A stretch of 64,000 bases of DNA from an uncultured Candidatus Micrarchaeota archaeon (GCA_963714085.1 OY970229.1:864001-928000), one strand, 5' to 3'. Positions 9,488 to 19,484 are shown, numbered from the stretch's first letter. Made by a program: numbers and translations. Notes: generated by a model not told the origin, from the sequence alone.

Positions 9488-9697
9488 ATGGCAACGGTCT
9501 TACAAAAAACATTAGACGTGAAAAAACCGCCGGCTCCGGAAGGTTCTTCGACACCCCGGCGGCGCAGCAGCTTTCACAGCGATGACATCCGAGAGCACAT
9601 CGCAGATGAAACAAGCCGGGGTTGCTTCGGCAGGACGACCTGGGGCATGCACATCTGCCTCGAAACCATAGAACGAGGGCAATTCAGGCGCCCCTAG
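9488..9697 (+). CDS. Small hypothetical protein
   Basis: 69-aa ORF with GGTGA just upstream of the ATG. No recognisable motif. Confidence 0.35.
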   Translation: MATVLQKTLDVKKPPAPEGSSTPRRRSSFHSDDIREHIADETSRGCFGRTTWGMHICLETIERGQFRRP

Positions 9698-9819
9698 CAA
9701 CCGAGAGATCGTGGCAGCGGGCCGATGATGGAACCAAACGAGCCCAGCTTTTCCCAGGGCCCCGAAGCAGCGCCCCGCATATCCCTTTATAACCTCTTTT
9801 CTATACAATCAAATCACAC

Positions 9820-9912
9820 GTGAGGAGGAGCAATAAGTTTCCAGCTCCCAGCAAGGCCCTGGTTTTCACAAGACGTAACAAAGACGCAGGGCTTCTGGGT
9901 TTGGGGGACTGA
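9820..9912 (+). ncRNA. Candidate structured leader RNA / C/D-box-like RNA upstream of rpe
   Basis: TATA-like TTTATAA near 9786. GTGAGGA (C-box-like) at 9820, a long stem 9838-9861 pairing with 9887-9907, CTGA (D-box-like) at 9909-9912. Confidence 0.35.
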
Positions 9913-9916
9913 GCGT

Positions 9917-10552
9917 ATGCCTTTAGAGGTAATTCCAGCCATCCTTGTGAAAGACCGCAGCGAAATGCTGCGCAGGATAGCTGCCGTCTCGCCTCACGTG
10001 AAAACCGTCCACATCGACGTCATGGACAACGTGTTCGTGCCGAACAAGACCGTGGGCCTCGAATCCTTCTTCGATTTGCCCTCTGGCGTCCATTACGAGT
10101 TCCACTGGATGGTCGAGCACCCCGAATCCTACATCGTGAAACTCCCGGGCCCTTACCTCCACATCGTCCACTACGAGGCGGTGAAGGACTGGAAGGCCGT
10201 CGAGGAGGCGGTGCGCAGGTCAGGGGGCACGCTCGGCATCGCGTTCAGCCCCGCGACCCCTACGGAGGGTATAATCAAGCTCGCGCCAAAGGCCAAGCGG
10301 CTTCTCGTGATGGCAGTGATACCCGGGTTCGACGGCCAGAAGTACATGACCGAGGTAGAAAGCAAGATAAGCGAGCTGCGCTCCAGGTTCCCGGACATGG
10401 AGATCGAGGTCGACGGCGGCATAACCCCGGAGACCGCGCCGAGAGCGGTCAGGGCCGGGGCGGACAAGCTCGCTGCGTCCTCGGCGATATTCAAGAACGA
10501 GGACAAGAAGCTCGCGATCGCGATGATATTGAAGGGCTGCAAGGGTGGTTGA
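9917..10552 (+). CDS. rpe: Ribulose-phosphate 3-epimerase
   Basis: HIDVMD..FVPN, HWMV, MAVIPGFDGQ, EVDGGI. Confidence 0.93.
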   Translation: MPLEVIPAILVKDRSEMLRRIAAVSPHVKTVHIDVMDNVFVPNKTVGLESFFDLPSGVHYEFHWMVEHPESYIVKLPGPYLHIVHYEAVKDWKAVEEAVRRSGGTLGIAFSPATPTEGIIKLAPKAKRLLVMAVIPGFDGQKYMTEVESKISELRSRFPDMEIEVDGGITPETAPRAVRAGADKLAASSAIFKNEDKKLAIAMILKGCKGG

Positions 10553-11416
10553 ATGCCGGACCGGTTCAGGATAACGAGCATGAAGAAGCTGAAGCTCATC
10601 GCGAACACCATAAGGCAGGACGTGGTGCGCATGCTTTTCGAGGCCAAATCAGGCCATTCAGCCGGCTCCATCGGCCTGGCCGACATATTCACGGCGCTCT
10701 ACTTCAACGTGCTCTACCATGACCCGAAGAATCCGAACTGGCCTGAGCGGGATAGGATGATCCTCAGCAACGGACACGTCTGCCCGGTCCTGTACGCCGC
10801 GCTCGCGAACGCGGGCTATTTCCCGAAGGAGGAGCTGCTCACCCTGAGGAAGCTCGGCTCCAGGCTGCAGGGCCACCCGCACAGGGGCATGCTCCCTGGC
10901 ATAGAGAACACATCTGGCCCGCTCGGCCAGGGCCTCTCCCAGGCAGTCGGCATGGCGCTCGTCTCCAGGTCCGAGCGCAGGAAGTGGCGCGTCTACTGCG
11001 TGTGCTCGGACGGCGAGCACCAGGAGGGCCAGATTTGGGAGGCGGCCATGCTCGCGGGCAAGTACCGGCTGGGCAACCTCACGGCCATCCTCGACCGGAA
11101 CAACATCCAGATAGACGGCTACACCGAGGAGGTGTGCCCGCTCGAGCCGCTCGCGGAGAAATACCGCTCGTTCGGCTGGCACGTGATAGACGTGGACGGC
11201 CATAACATCAAGAAGATCATAGACGCCTGCGAGGAGTCGCGCGCGGTGTACGAGAAGCCAACCATGATAATCGCGCACACCATCCCGGGCAAGGCGATAT
11301 CGTTCATGGAATTCCTGGCAGAGTGGCACGGCAAGTCCCCCAAGAAGGAGGAGCTCGACACCGCTTTGGCAGAGCTGCAGAAGCAGAGGGACGCGGTGGA
11401 GACCGAGGATTACTGA
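10553..11416 (+). CDS. Transketolase N-terminal subunit
   Basis: RDRMILSNGH, LQGHP, SGPLGQGLS and the TPP motif SDGE...DRNN. Confidence 0.94.
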   Translation: MPDRFRITSMKKLKLIANTIRQDVVRMLFEAKSGHSAGSIGLADIFTALYFNVLYHDPKNPNWPERDRMILSNGHVCPVLYAALANAGYFPKEELLTLRKLGSRLQGHPHRGMLPGIENTSGPLGQGLSQAVGMALVSRSERRKWRVYCVCSDGEHQEGQIWEAAMLAGKYRLGNLTAILDRNNIQIDGYTEEVCPLEPLAEKYRSFGWHVIDVDGHNIKKIIDACEESRAVYEKPTMIIAHTIPGKAISFMEFLAEWHGKSPKKEELDTALAELQKQRDAVETEDY

Positions 11417-11420
11417 GCTG

Positions 11421-12419
11421 ATGAGCATGGCAATACGCGCTGACATGAACCTGGTCGACCCGCTTTTCGAGCCTGCGCCCAAGGCAGCCCCGAGCCGCGA
11501 CGGTTTCGGCAAGGCGCTCGTGGAGCTCGGAGAGAAGGACCCGAACGTCTGGGTGGCAACCGCGGACGTCTCGGAATCCACGCGCACCCACTGGTTCGCG
11601 GAGAAATTCCCGAAAAGGTTCGTCCAGACCGGAGTCGCGGAGCAGAACCTCGCAGGTGTGGCAGCAGGCATCGCGGCCTGCGGCAAGACCGTCTTCATGT
11701 CCGCCTACGCCGTCTTCTCGCCAGGGCGCAACTGGGACCAGGTGCGCGTCTCGATATGCTACAACGACGTGCCAGTGAAGATCCACGGCTCGCACAGCGG
11801 CCTCACCGTGGGCCCGGACGGCGCGTCCCACCAGGCGCTGGAGGACATAGCCATCACCCGCGTGCTGCCGAACATGGTCGTGCTCGCCCCGGCAGACGCT
11901 GAGGAGGCGCGCAAGGCGGCGCTCGCGGCCGCGAAGCTGCCAGGCCCTGTGTACGTCCGCACATGCAGGGAGAAGATGCCGGTCTTCACGACGGATAAGA
12001 CGCCTTTCGAGGTCGGGAAGGCGAACGTCTACCGCGACGGCGCCGACGTCGCGATATTCGCCTGCGGCGCAGAGGTCTACGAGGCGCTCAAGGCTGCGGA
12101 GGAGCTCTCCAAAGAAGGCATAGACGCCGCCGTGATAGACCTTCACACCATAAAGCCCATAGATTCGGCCGCGATAGAGGAATGGGCGAGGAAGACGGGC
12201 CTGCTCGTCAGCGTGGAGGACCACCAGGTGAACGGGGGCATGGGGAGCGCGGTGGCCGAGGTCGTGTCATCGACGTATCCCGTCCCGGTCGTACGCCACG
12301 GAATCTACGACCGGTTCTGCGAGTCCGGCGAGCCTCTCGAGCTGCTCAAGAAATACAAGCTCGATAGCGCCGGGATAGCCGAAGTCGTCAGGAAGGCGAT
12401 GGAGAGAAAAAAACAGTAG
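11421..12419 (+). CDS. Transketolase C-terminal subunit
   Basis: GVAEQN, GPDGASHQALED, GPVYVR, TIKPID, VEDH. Confidence 0.94.
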   Translation: MSMAIRADMNLVDPLFEPAPKAAPSRDGFGKALVELGEKDPNVWVATADVSESTRTHWFAEKFPKRFVQTGVAEQNLAGVAAGIAACGKTVFMSAYAVFSPGRNWDQVRVSICYNDVPVKIHGSHSGLTVGPDGASHQALEDIAITRVLPNMVVLAPADAEEARKAALAAAKLPGPVYVRTCREKMPVFTTDKTPFEVGKANVYRDGADVAIFACGAEVYEALKAAEELSKEGIDAAVIDLHTIKPIDSAAIEEWARKTGLLVSVEDHQVNGGMGSAVAEVVSSTYPVPVVRHGIYDRFCESGEPLELLKKYKLDSAGIAEVVRKAMERKKQ

Positions 12420-12429
12420 GGGTGATTTT

Positions 12430-12735
12430 TTGGGTGTGATGCAGGAGTTCAAGGAGTTCCTCGAGGAGTACAAGGTCATGGGGCTCGCGATCGCGTTCAT
12501 AATCGGAGCGGCCACGACCACGCTGGTGCAGTCTCTGGTGAACAGCATAATCATGCCTTTCGTTGGCGTCCTCATACCCAACGGAAACTGGCAGACCGCG
12601 GTCTATTCGCTGGGCCCGGTGAAACTGCTCCTCGGCGCGTTCCTGTCCGCGGTGCTCAACTTCGTGATAATCGCGTTAGTGGTCTTCATGATGGCCAAGA
12701 TTGTGATGAAGGAGGACAAGGTCACGAAGAAATAG
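12430..12735 (+). CDS. mscL: Large-conductance mechanosensitive channel family protein
   Basis: EFKEFL...LAIAFIIGAA...LVQSLVNSIIMP...GAFLSAVLNFVIIA. Confidence 0.9.
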   Translation: MGVMQEFKEFLEEYKVMGLAIAFIIGAATTTLVQSLVNSIIMPFVGVLIPNGNWQTAVYSLGPVKLLLGAFLSAVLNFVIIALVVFMMAKIVMKEDKVTKK

Positions 12736-12822
12736 GGGCTCATCCGCTTCATCCGCAGTTCGCGACGCGGTAGGAGCGGTTTTTAGCTTTATTCCTTCAT
12801 TAATGAATACGCGGGTGTTTGC

Positions 12823-13473
12823 ATGAAATTCTTCCTTGATACAGCCAATGTCGAAGAGATAAAGAAGGCGGTGGAGCTCGGCGTGTGCGACGGGGTCACG
12901 ACCAACCCCACGCTCATCATGAAGTCCGGCAGGGACCAGAAGACCGTGATAAAAGAGATAGCAAAGGTCGTCCACGGCCCCATAAGCGTGGAGGGCATCG
13001 CCGATGACGCAGAGGGCATGGCCAGGGAGGGCGAGGAGTTCGCGAAATGGGCCCCGAACATAGTGGTGAAGGTGCCCATGACCAAAGAGGGGCTCAAGGC
13101 CGTCCGCCTCCTCGAGGCAAAGGGCATAAAGACCAACGTCACGCTCGTGTTCTCCGCGGCCCAGGCGCTCCTGGCGGCCAAGGCCGGCGCGTCCTACGTG
13201 TCACCGTTCGTCGGCAGGCTGGATGACGTTTCCGAGGACGGGATGCGGCTGGTGGAGGAGATAATCTCCATGTACCTGAACTTCAACTTCAAGACCGAGA
13301 TAATAGTCGCATCGATTAGGCACCCGTTGCACGTGACCACCGCGGCAGCCGCCGGCGCGCACATCGCGACCATACCAGCCGAGGTGCTGGAGAAGATGTG
13401 GAAGCACCCGCTCACGGACAAGGGGATCATGCAGTTCAAGGAGGACTACAAGAAGACCGCTGCAAACAAGTGA
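12823..13473 (+). CDS. tal: Transaldolase / fructose-6-phosphate aldolase family
   Basis: FFLDTAN, GVTTNP, VVKVP (Schiff-base Lys), [18 protein letters not shown]. Confidence 0.92.
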   Translation: MKFFLDTANVEEIKKAVELGVCDGVTTNPTLIMKSGRDQKTVIKEIAKVVHGPISVEGIADDAEGMAREGEEFAKWAPNIVVKVPMTKEGLKAVRLLEAKGIKTNVTLVFSAAQALLAAKAGASYVSPFVGRLDDVSEDGMRLVEEIISMYLNFNFKTEIIVASIRHPLHVTTAAAAGAHIATIPAEVLEKMWKHPLTDKGIMQFKEDYKKTAANK

Positions 13474-13478
13474 TTGCC

Positions 13479-13877
13479 ATGAAGGAATCCATACCGCTGA
13501 CCTGGCGCAAGATACCCGCACGCTACAGGCTGCTCGGGGTGAAATGCACCACCTGCAACACGTATTATTTCCCGAAGCGCTCGATCTGCCCCAAATGCAG
13601 GCGCAGGGGCAAGATAGAAGAGGTGCGCTATTCGGGCAAGGGCAAGGTGTGCTCGTTCACCGAGATCGCCTCGCCGCCGATCGCCTTCGAGGACCAGGCC
13701 CCCTACGTGCTAGCCATAATAGAGCTGGACGAAGGAGCGAAGATCACGGGCCAGATAGTGGACGCCCGCGCCTCGGACGTCAAGATAGGCTCGCGCGTGG
13801 ACCAGGTGTTCCGCATAATCCAGCGCGACGACCCGGAAGGGCTGATACACTACGGGTTCAAGTTCAAGCTAGTCTGA
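13479..13877 (+). CDS. DUF35 Zn-ribbon/OB-fold protein (thiolase/HMG-CoA synthase partner)
   Basis: CTTC...YFPKRSICPKC, PYVLAIIEL, GLIHYGFKF. ATG 13479 follows tal. Confidence 0.9.
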   Translation: MKESIPLTWRKIPARYRLLGVKCTTCNTYYFPKRSICPKCRRRGKIEEVRYSGKGKVCSFTEIASPPIAFEDQAPYVLAIIELDEGAKITGQIVDARASDVKIGSRVDQVFRIIQRDDPEGLIHYGFKFKLV

Positions 13878-14333
13878 TTTCTTCTGTTTCCCGTAGAAGA
13901 ACATGGTCGCGGCCAGGAGCACGAAGCTGGCCGGCGCGTTTATGCAGGGCACCTTGTCCCCGCAGTCCGCCGCCGCCTTAGCCACGCACAAGTCGGCGTC
14001 TTTGAAGCATTGGGTCATGACGCCTCCCTGGCAGTCCTCGGAGTCATTGCCGGAAGCTATTGCCGCCTTGCACGTCTGGAGCGTGTCCGCGCACGTCTGT
14101 ATGCCCGGGCATTTTCCCGCAGCGAACGCAGCCGAGGCGACGGGATACTGCGCGCTGACGCACGCGGTCCCTGACTCCTGGTATTGCTGGGAACACGTCT
14201 GGTTGATCTTCCCCTGCGCGTCGAAGTTGCATAAAGTGCACGCCTGCTGATAAGCAGTAGTCGCGCAGCCTGCGGATGATAGCGAAGCCATCACAATAAG
14301 AGCCAAAACCGCGAATATTATCGTGCGTGCCAT
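13869..14333 (-). CDS. Cys-rich secreted protein with a C-terminal anchor
   Basis: Signal peptide, 13 Cys, C-terminus CINAPASFVLLAATMFFYGKQKK. Confidence 0.75.
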   Translation of the reverse strand: MARTIIFAVLALIVMASLSSAGCATTAYQQACTLCNFDAQGKINQTCSQQYQESGTACVSAQYPVASAAFAAGKCPGIQTCADTLQTCKAAIASGNDSEDCQGGVMTQCFKDADLCVAKAAADCGDKVPCINAPASFVLLAATMFFYGKQKKSD

Positions 14334-14367
14334 GGCATGGCATTCGAAGACAAGTAATAAAATGGTT

Positions 14368-15666
14368 TCACTGCCGCTTCTGGGCCGGTTTTCTCTGAGC
14401 AGGCGGCGGCATCGCCATAAGCAGGGCGTCCAGCCTTTTCGGGCTATTTGTTACGAATGGGTTCCGGCCAAGTTCATCCAGTGCTGCGCTCGCGGCGTCC
14501 GTCCCCTGCCTCTCGAATTCAGCCAGTTTGCCGATCGCCGTGACGGCTTTCCTGTCATCAGGTCCGGATGCGATGTTTTTCAACGCCGTTATGCGGCACG
14601 GTTCCTGGCACGTGGCGCCGGCATCGCGGGGGACCGCAGTCCTTCCAGCGTCCGGGCTCGCGACAGGTCCAAGAAGCCCGAACAACGAATCCACATCCTC
14701 CTGATTGGATGCGCCTATGATCGCAGCCGCGATCCTCTCAGCTTCCTGGTCTACAACACCTTCGTCAGCCCTGGCTGTTGAAACCGGTGCCGGCGGGTTC
14801 GTTGTATTCAAGGCATTGAAGGGAGTCGCAGCCGCCGGCTTCCTCGGGCTTTTAGCGGCCTTCTGCCTCGGTTTTACATGAAGAACAGTCTCGCGGGCAG
14901 CTGCGCCATCCTGCGGTGCAAGCCCCGCATCACGCTCTTGCGGCGAAGCATCCGGCGCGGCAACAGCTGCGGCCGGTTCCGCGGCTTCGGGTTTCGTGTC
15001 CTTATATTTCGGTCTTGAAAGACCATACACCGTCAACCCTAGCGCCAAAACGACCCCAGCGGCGATCGCAAACCCCTTCCACGCCTTTCTCCCCGCGGTT
15101 TTCTCGGTTGCCGGATCACGCGTTAGGGGCGCTGGTTCCACAATCAGTCCATCAGGCGGCAGGCTCCTCGTGCTCGCCATCGCCTGCACGGCCTGCAGCC
15201 TCTTCATTACCGGTTCCGGCAGCGTGACCGGCGGTTCCAATAATTTTTTTAACGCAGACTTCGCGGTGTCGACATACCAAGGGTTCGTAACGGCCTTCTC
15301 GAGGCCTGTGGTGACATCGTCCGCGAGCTTCCTCCTGAGCGAAGGGATGGACAAAGCCGCTGCTTCCAATAATTCGGCTGCCTGGGGGCTATACTGCATC
15401 TTGCCGTATGTCTGGAAAATGATCCGCACGCCTGCCTCTTCCTTCGAATAATCCATGCCCGGGGTCTTCCTGTCGTTCACCTGCCTGAGTATGGCAAGAA
15501 CTTCAGCAACCGGCTTTTGGCCAATCTCCATACTTCTGAATGCGACGGAGAACTCCGAACTCGCGGCCCGCCTTGCGAATTCCGCTCTTTTGCGCGGGTC
15601 TCTCCTCTGCTCGCGCCCGTCGGGTATGGTGGCGTTGCCAGGACCGCTTCCCTGTGTCTGTGCCAT
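14368..15666 (-). CDS. Hypothetical single-pass membrane protein
   Basis: 432 aa with a central TM (GFAIAAGVVLALGLTVYGL), a Pro/Ala linker and a helical C-terminus. Confidence 0.65.
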   Translation of the reverse strand: MAQTQGSGPGNATIPDGREQRRDPRKRAEFARRAASSEFSVAFRSMEIGQKPVAEVLAILRQVNDRKTPGMDYSKEEAGVRIIFQTYGKMQYSPQAAELLEAAALSIPSLRRKLADDVTTGLEKAVTNPWYVDTAKSALKKLLEPPVTLPEPVMKRLQAVQAMASTRSLPPDGLIVEPAPLTRDPATEKTAGRKAWKGFAIAAGVVLALGLTVYGLSRPKYKDTKPEAAEPAAAVAAPDASPQERDAGLAPQDGAAARETVLHVKPRQKAAKSPRKPAAATPFNALNTTNPPAPVSTARADEGVVDQEAERIAAAIIGASNQEDVDSLFGLLGPVASPDAGRTAVPRDAGATCQEPCRITALKNIASGPDDRKAVTAIGKLAEFERQGTDAASAALDELGRNPFVTNSPKRLDALLMAMPPPAQRKPAQKRQ

Positions 15667-15671
15667 GGTCG

Positions 15672-17333
15672 CTACTCCCTTGGTCCGGTGCTGGGCGGTT
15701 CGTGGTATGCACGACCTGCTGCGGCCTTAACCTCTGCGTCTGCGTGGTCCTGGGAAATCCCATACAGGACGTCTCCTGCCATCTGCGTAATGGGTTCCGC
15801 GTAGGGGCCATTTTTGACCGCTGCGAGAGTGCCTACGACATCGAGTCCCTCTTTTTGCCCCTTCGAGCCGTAGGTGGCCAGCTGTGCAAACACAGACCCC
15901 TCCCTTAGGTCCCCATACTCCCTGAAATGATCCAGGGCAGCGTCCGTGGTTCCCTTGCTTATCGCCTCAAGGCAGCGCCCCAAGCTCAAAGCCTCGTCGA
16001 TTTCCAATGGCTTGATGCTTCCGGCTTCGGCCGCAGCGAAGTCCGGGAATGCTTGGCTCACCTTGGCGACGACCACCTCGACTCCGCAGTTCTGGTAAAT
16101 CCTGCGCGAAAACTCCAGCGCGGCAACGCAGACTGATGTTGGGCATTCGCTGTCCGCCGCAAGCCTCGCAAGCGTTCCAACCAGTTCCTGCGCCTCTATT
16201 TCGCTTTTCAAGCCGTAGTTCTCCAGGCAACCAAACACCGCCTTCGCGTTCTGGTCCCCGTGCACCTTGAAATATTCCACAGCCGCATCAGGGTTCCGAT
16301 TCTCTATCCCAGCTAAGCAGCTCTCCAAGGGGGTCTTCTGCGCAGTTCCCGGAGCTTGGGTGCTCGTCGCTCCACCGGCGCTTGCGCCACCAGATGCAGG
16401 CCCGGTGCCTCCTCCTGCCGGATCGGGCCCCTTGGTCTCTTCTGGTTCTTCCATGGAAAACACTCCTGCGCCTTTCGGGTCTAGCGCCCTGGCGTACGCC
16501 TCTCCCATGCAATCCCTCATGGTCCGGAGCACGTCGGTTATGGCTTCATCAATCTTGCTGCCGAGCCCGGCAAGCAATCCCTTTTCTGCTTCCATGTCAT
16601 TCACAATCGCGCTGATGCCGGCCTTCGCGCTTGTCAACCGGGGCATTTTATCGCCGCCCTCTATGGAATCGCGGATACCAGCATAGTTCAATCTCGCTTT
16701 CTCCAGCATCGTCGAGGCAAACCCAAGGCGTTGCCTGGCGTGAGCCGCGTACTCGCCGCTTTCTTCGAGCAGGCTGACCGCAACCTTCAACGGCTCCATG
16801 TCCGTATCCAATCCAGATCCCATCGGCGCGTCTGAGGCTTCGTGCACGACAATCGGCTTCAGCGTGAGTTCCGGAACAACGACTTCCGCTTCCGGCTCAT
16901 CGAATCTCAGATCGATGCGGTATGAACCGGCCGGCGCCTTGCGCTTCTGCAATGCATCTCCAAAAACGGTTTCGACCATGCTTATGGAATGCGCCCTCAG
17001 GTCACCCAGCACAGCGTCGCTGCGGTTTTTATATCCTGAAACACGTTCCCTGGCCAGCCGCAGCTCTTTGACATCCCTCTTGATACCCTCTATGCACTCC
17101 TGCAACATGTCTTTAGCTTGTTTGAACCCTCCCAGGCCAGCGATCCTGGTGTTAAGAGTTGCCAGCGTCAGATACGCATTGTCGAAGTTCTGTTCGGCCT
17201 CGTACATGAACGCATGCGAGCTACTGCAATGAATAAGGCCTTCTTTCAGCGTCTTCTTAGTCTGTGCCAGTCTCTGCCCGGCACTTGCGACCGCGTTTTC
17301 TATCGGTGATTCCTTTTTCATCGTTTCAGCCAT
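15672..17333 (-). CDS. Hypothetical coiled-coil protein with a duplicated C-terminal domain
   Basis: 553 aa. GAGGTG precedes the start. Internal repeats LESCLAGI...LVGTLA and LGRCLEAI...VVGTLA. Confidence 0.7.
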   Translation of the reverse strand: MAETMKKESPIENAVASAGQRLAQTKKTLKEGLIHCSSSHAFMYEAEQNFDNAYLTLATLNTRIAGLGGFKQAKDMLQECIEGIKRDVKELRLARERVSGYKNRSDAVLGDLRAHSISMVETVFGDALQKRKAPAGSYRIDLRFDEPEAEVVVPELTLKPIVVHEASDAPMGSGLDTDMEPLKVAVSLLEESGEYAAHARQRLGFASTMLEKARLNYAGIRDSIEGGDKMPRLTSAKAGISAIVNDMEAEKGLLAGLGSKIDEAITDVLRTMRDCMGEAYARALDPKGAGVFSMEEPEETKGPDPAGGGTGPASGGASAGGATSTQAPGTAQKTPLESCLAGIENRNPDAAVEYFKVHGDQNAKAVFGCLENYGLKSEIEAQELVGTLARLAADSECPTSVCVAALEFSRRIYQNCGVEVVVAKVSQAFPDFAAAEAGSIKPLEIDEALSLGRCLEAISKGTTDAALDHFREYGDLREGSVFAQLATYGSKGQKEGLDVVGTLAAVKNGPYAEPITQMAGDVLYGISQDHADAEVKAAAGRAYHEPPSTGPRE

Positions 17334-17432
17334 ATCTACACCTCTCCATTTTTCATTAAGATAATTTGTCCCGTGCTGTCATATTATGTAAGAAGGGTTT
17401 AAATACCATACGGACGGCAATTCCCACACTCA

Positions 17433-17858
17433 TCAGACGGGCTTCCCGCTGCGCAGCCATGCCGCGGTCCTGGATAGCCGCTGCCCCTTCGCGTCCTCCA
17501 GGGACAGCCACCTGAAGCCCGAGAACTCCGGGGACGGCTTCGCCCTCATGCTTTTGGCCGTCACCTTGAACACCAGGCACGGCACCATGACCCTGCGCTT
17601 CCTTGATCCGGCGTTGTACCTCCCTTCCAGGACTATCTCGTGCACTTCGCCGTCTATGCCCGTCAGCCTGGGGAACGCCTCCTTTATGTCAGCGAACGGG
17701 CTCCTGCCTGATAGGACCAGCACGCAGGGCATCTCCAGCCACTCGGCCCCGTTGTCATCCCTGCGGAACAGGAAAAGCACCCTGCCGTTGTCCTCGAGCA
17801 TCCCGCAGGCGAGCGCCTTCGGAAGCCTCGTCCCGGTCTGGACCCTCCTCCTGCTCAT
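17433..17858 (-). CDS. NUDIX-fold-like protein with a degenerate Nudix box
   Basis: GRVLFL..R...WLEMP...IKEAFPRLTGI...EFSGFRWLS. ATGA overlap with the upstream gene. Confidence 0.6.
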   Translation of the reverse strand: MSRRRVQTGTRLPKALACGMLEDNGRVLFLFRRDDNGAEWLEMPCVLVLSGRSPFADIKEAFPRLTGIDGEVHEIVLEGRYNAGSRKRRVMVPCLVFKVTAKSMRAKPSPEFSGFRWLSLEDAKGQRLSRTAAWLRSGKPV

Positions 17859-18313
17859 CGTCCGAACTCCCCGTCAAGCTCGGCCTGCGCGACGACGTGC
17901 CCGGTCATCGCCTTGTCGAGCTGTTCCGAATCCGCCCCTGGCTCGAGCTTGAGCAGAGTGCCGAGCGCGTAGAGCTTGAACCTGTACGTGTGCGTGTTCC
18001 CCCTCGGCGGGCATGGGGGCGTGTAGCCTATCTCGCCCGCGCTCGTCACGCCCTCGACACCGATTCCCATCGCCCCTTCCTTCATCTCCTTGGTTTTCGG
18101 CGCGATATTCCAGACGAGCCAGTGGATGAACGTGCCCGAGGGCGCATCCGGGTCGTCTACGACAAGCGCAAGGCTCTTCGCACTGGCAGGGACGCCTTTG
18201 ATCTCCAGAGGCGGATTGATTCCGTCGCCGCCGCACGCGTATCTCTCCGGTATCATCTCCCCGTTCCTGAACGCCCGGCTCGAAATCTCCATCCTTACCG
18301 GTTTTTCATTCAT
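17855..18313 (-). CDS. YbhB/YbcL (PEBP) family protein
   Basis: DDPDAP, FIHWLVWNI, GYTPPCPP, HTYRFKLYAL. Confidence 0.92.
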   Translation of the reverse strand: MNEKPVRMEISSRAFRNGEMIPERYACGGDGINPPLEIKGVPASAKSLALVVDDPDAPSGTFIHWLVWNIAPKTKEMKEGAMGIGVEGVTSAGEIGYTPPCPPRGNTHTYRFKLYALGTLLKLEPGADSEQLDKAMTGHVVAQAELDGEFGR

Positions 18314-19451
18314 AGGTCCTCGCCCACATCTCCTTCGCGAGCTTCCCCTTGTACATGAACGTGTCGACGTCCTTCTCCGCCTTCTTCTTTTTCTCGCGGA
18401 AATCCGATAGGAACGCGTTTATCCTCTCTATGAGGAGCATCTTCATCTCTCCGGTCAGCAGCTTCCCGGAGCGGTAATCGTCGTGGATCCGTTTCAGCTT
18501 CGCGTCGTCCGGCTCGAACATGATGGAGAGCCACTGGTAGGGCACGTCTATGTCCGGGTTTCCGCCCAGCTTCCTGTGCTCCTCCACGGTGGGCTGCCCG
18601 CCAGAGAACGCGTACTTGTTTATCTTGTTCTTCACGGTTTTCTCGTCGTCCGTGAGCAGTACCGCGGTCTCCTGCCCCGCGCTGGAGCTCATCTTGCCGC
18701 TCACGCCCTGGAGCGGCGGCAGGAACTTGGTGTGGATTGCCGCGGTCTTGTAGTAGCCCAGCCCCTCCGCCACGTCCCGCTGCACCCTCCAGTACGGGTC
18801 TTGGTCTATGGCGCAGGGGATCAGGCACCTCTTCTTCTCGAAGAAGGATGGCACGACCTGGTATGCCGGATAGAACGACATGCCGATGTTCGTGGAGTCG
18901 TCGAAGCCGAAGACCGCCTTCACCGTGGAGCCGGTTATCTTTCGTGCGGTCTTCATGAGCAGCGGGTATACGTTCCGCACGTACTCACTGTCCTTGAATA
19001 TGAACGTGCGCTCCGGGTCGAAGCCCACGGCGATGATGTCGGATATGTTGTCCCTGGCGTTCTTCTGCACCTCGCTCCACTCATATTCGCGGCGGTAGAG
19101 GAATTTCTCGTCATCGGTTATCTCGATGTAGAGGTTGCACTTGAACCGCTCCTGGAGCCATTTCGTGAACACCAGCGGGACCAGGTGCCCGATGTGCATG
19201 CTCTTGCTCGGCCCGCGACCCGTATAAAGGAAGAAGCCCTTGCCCTGCTCGTGGTCCTTCAGCACGAGGTCCAGGTCGCGGTGCGAGAACACGAAATCGC
19301 GGCGTAGCATGTGGTGGATCCCGCCATCGTGCTGCAGCCGCTCCTTGAGCTCCGGCGTTATCCTGCTGGTCCCGAACTGCCTGATGAGCTTCTCGTAGTC
19401 TATCGCCCCGGAGACCTCCCACGGGGTCACCCTGAACTTTTCCTCTGCCAT
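18306..19451 (-). CDS. trpS: Tryptophanyl-tRNA synthetase (archaeal/eukaryal type)
   Basis: VTPWEV, YTGRGPS, HIGH, IPCAIDQDPY, KMSSS. Confidence 0.97.
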   Translation of the reverse strand: MAEEKFRVTPWEVSGAIDYEKLIRQFGTSRITPELKERLQHDGGIHHMLRRDFVFSHRDLDLVLKDHEQGKGFFLYTGRGPSKSMHIGHLVPLVFTKWLQERFKCNLYIEITDDEKFLYRREYEWSEVQKNARDNISDIIAVGFDPERTFIFKDSEYVRNVYPLLMKTARKITGSTVKAVFGFDDSTNIGMSFYPAYQVVPSFFEKKRCLIPCAIDQDPYWRVQRDVAEGLGYYKTAAIHTKFLPPLQGVSGKMSSSAGQETAVLLTDDEKTVKNKINKYAFSGGQPTVEEHRKLGGNPDIDVPYQWLSIMFEPDDAKLKRIHDDYRSGKLLTGEMKMLLIERINAFLSDFREKKKKAEKDVDTFMYKGKLAKEMWARTYE

Positions 19452-19484
19452 GGCAGGAATAACACTGAATGAGATTAAAAAGGT

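Noticed and set aside
9820..9912. TPP riboswitch ahead of transketolase
   Set aside because: Lacks the GCUGAGA and CCUGAU..AUAAUG core elements.
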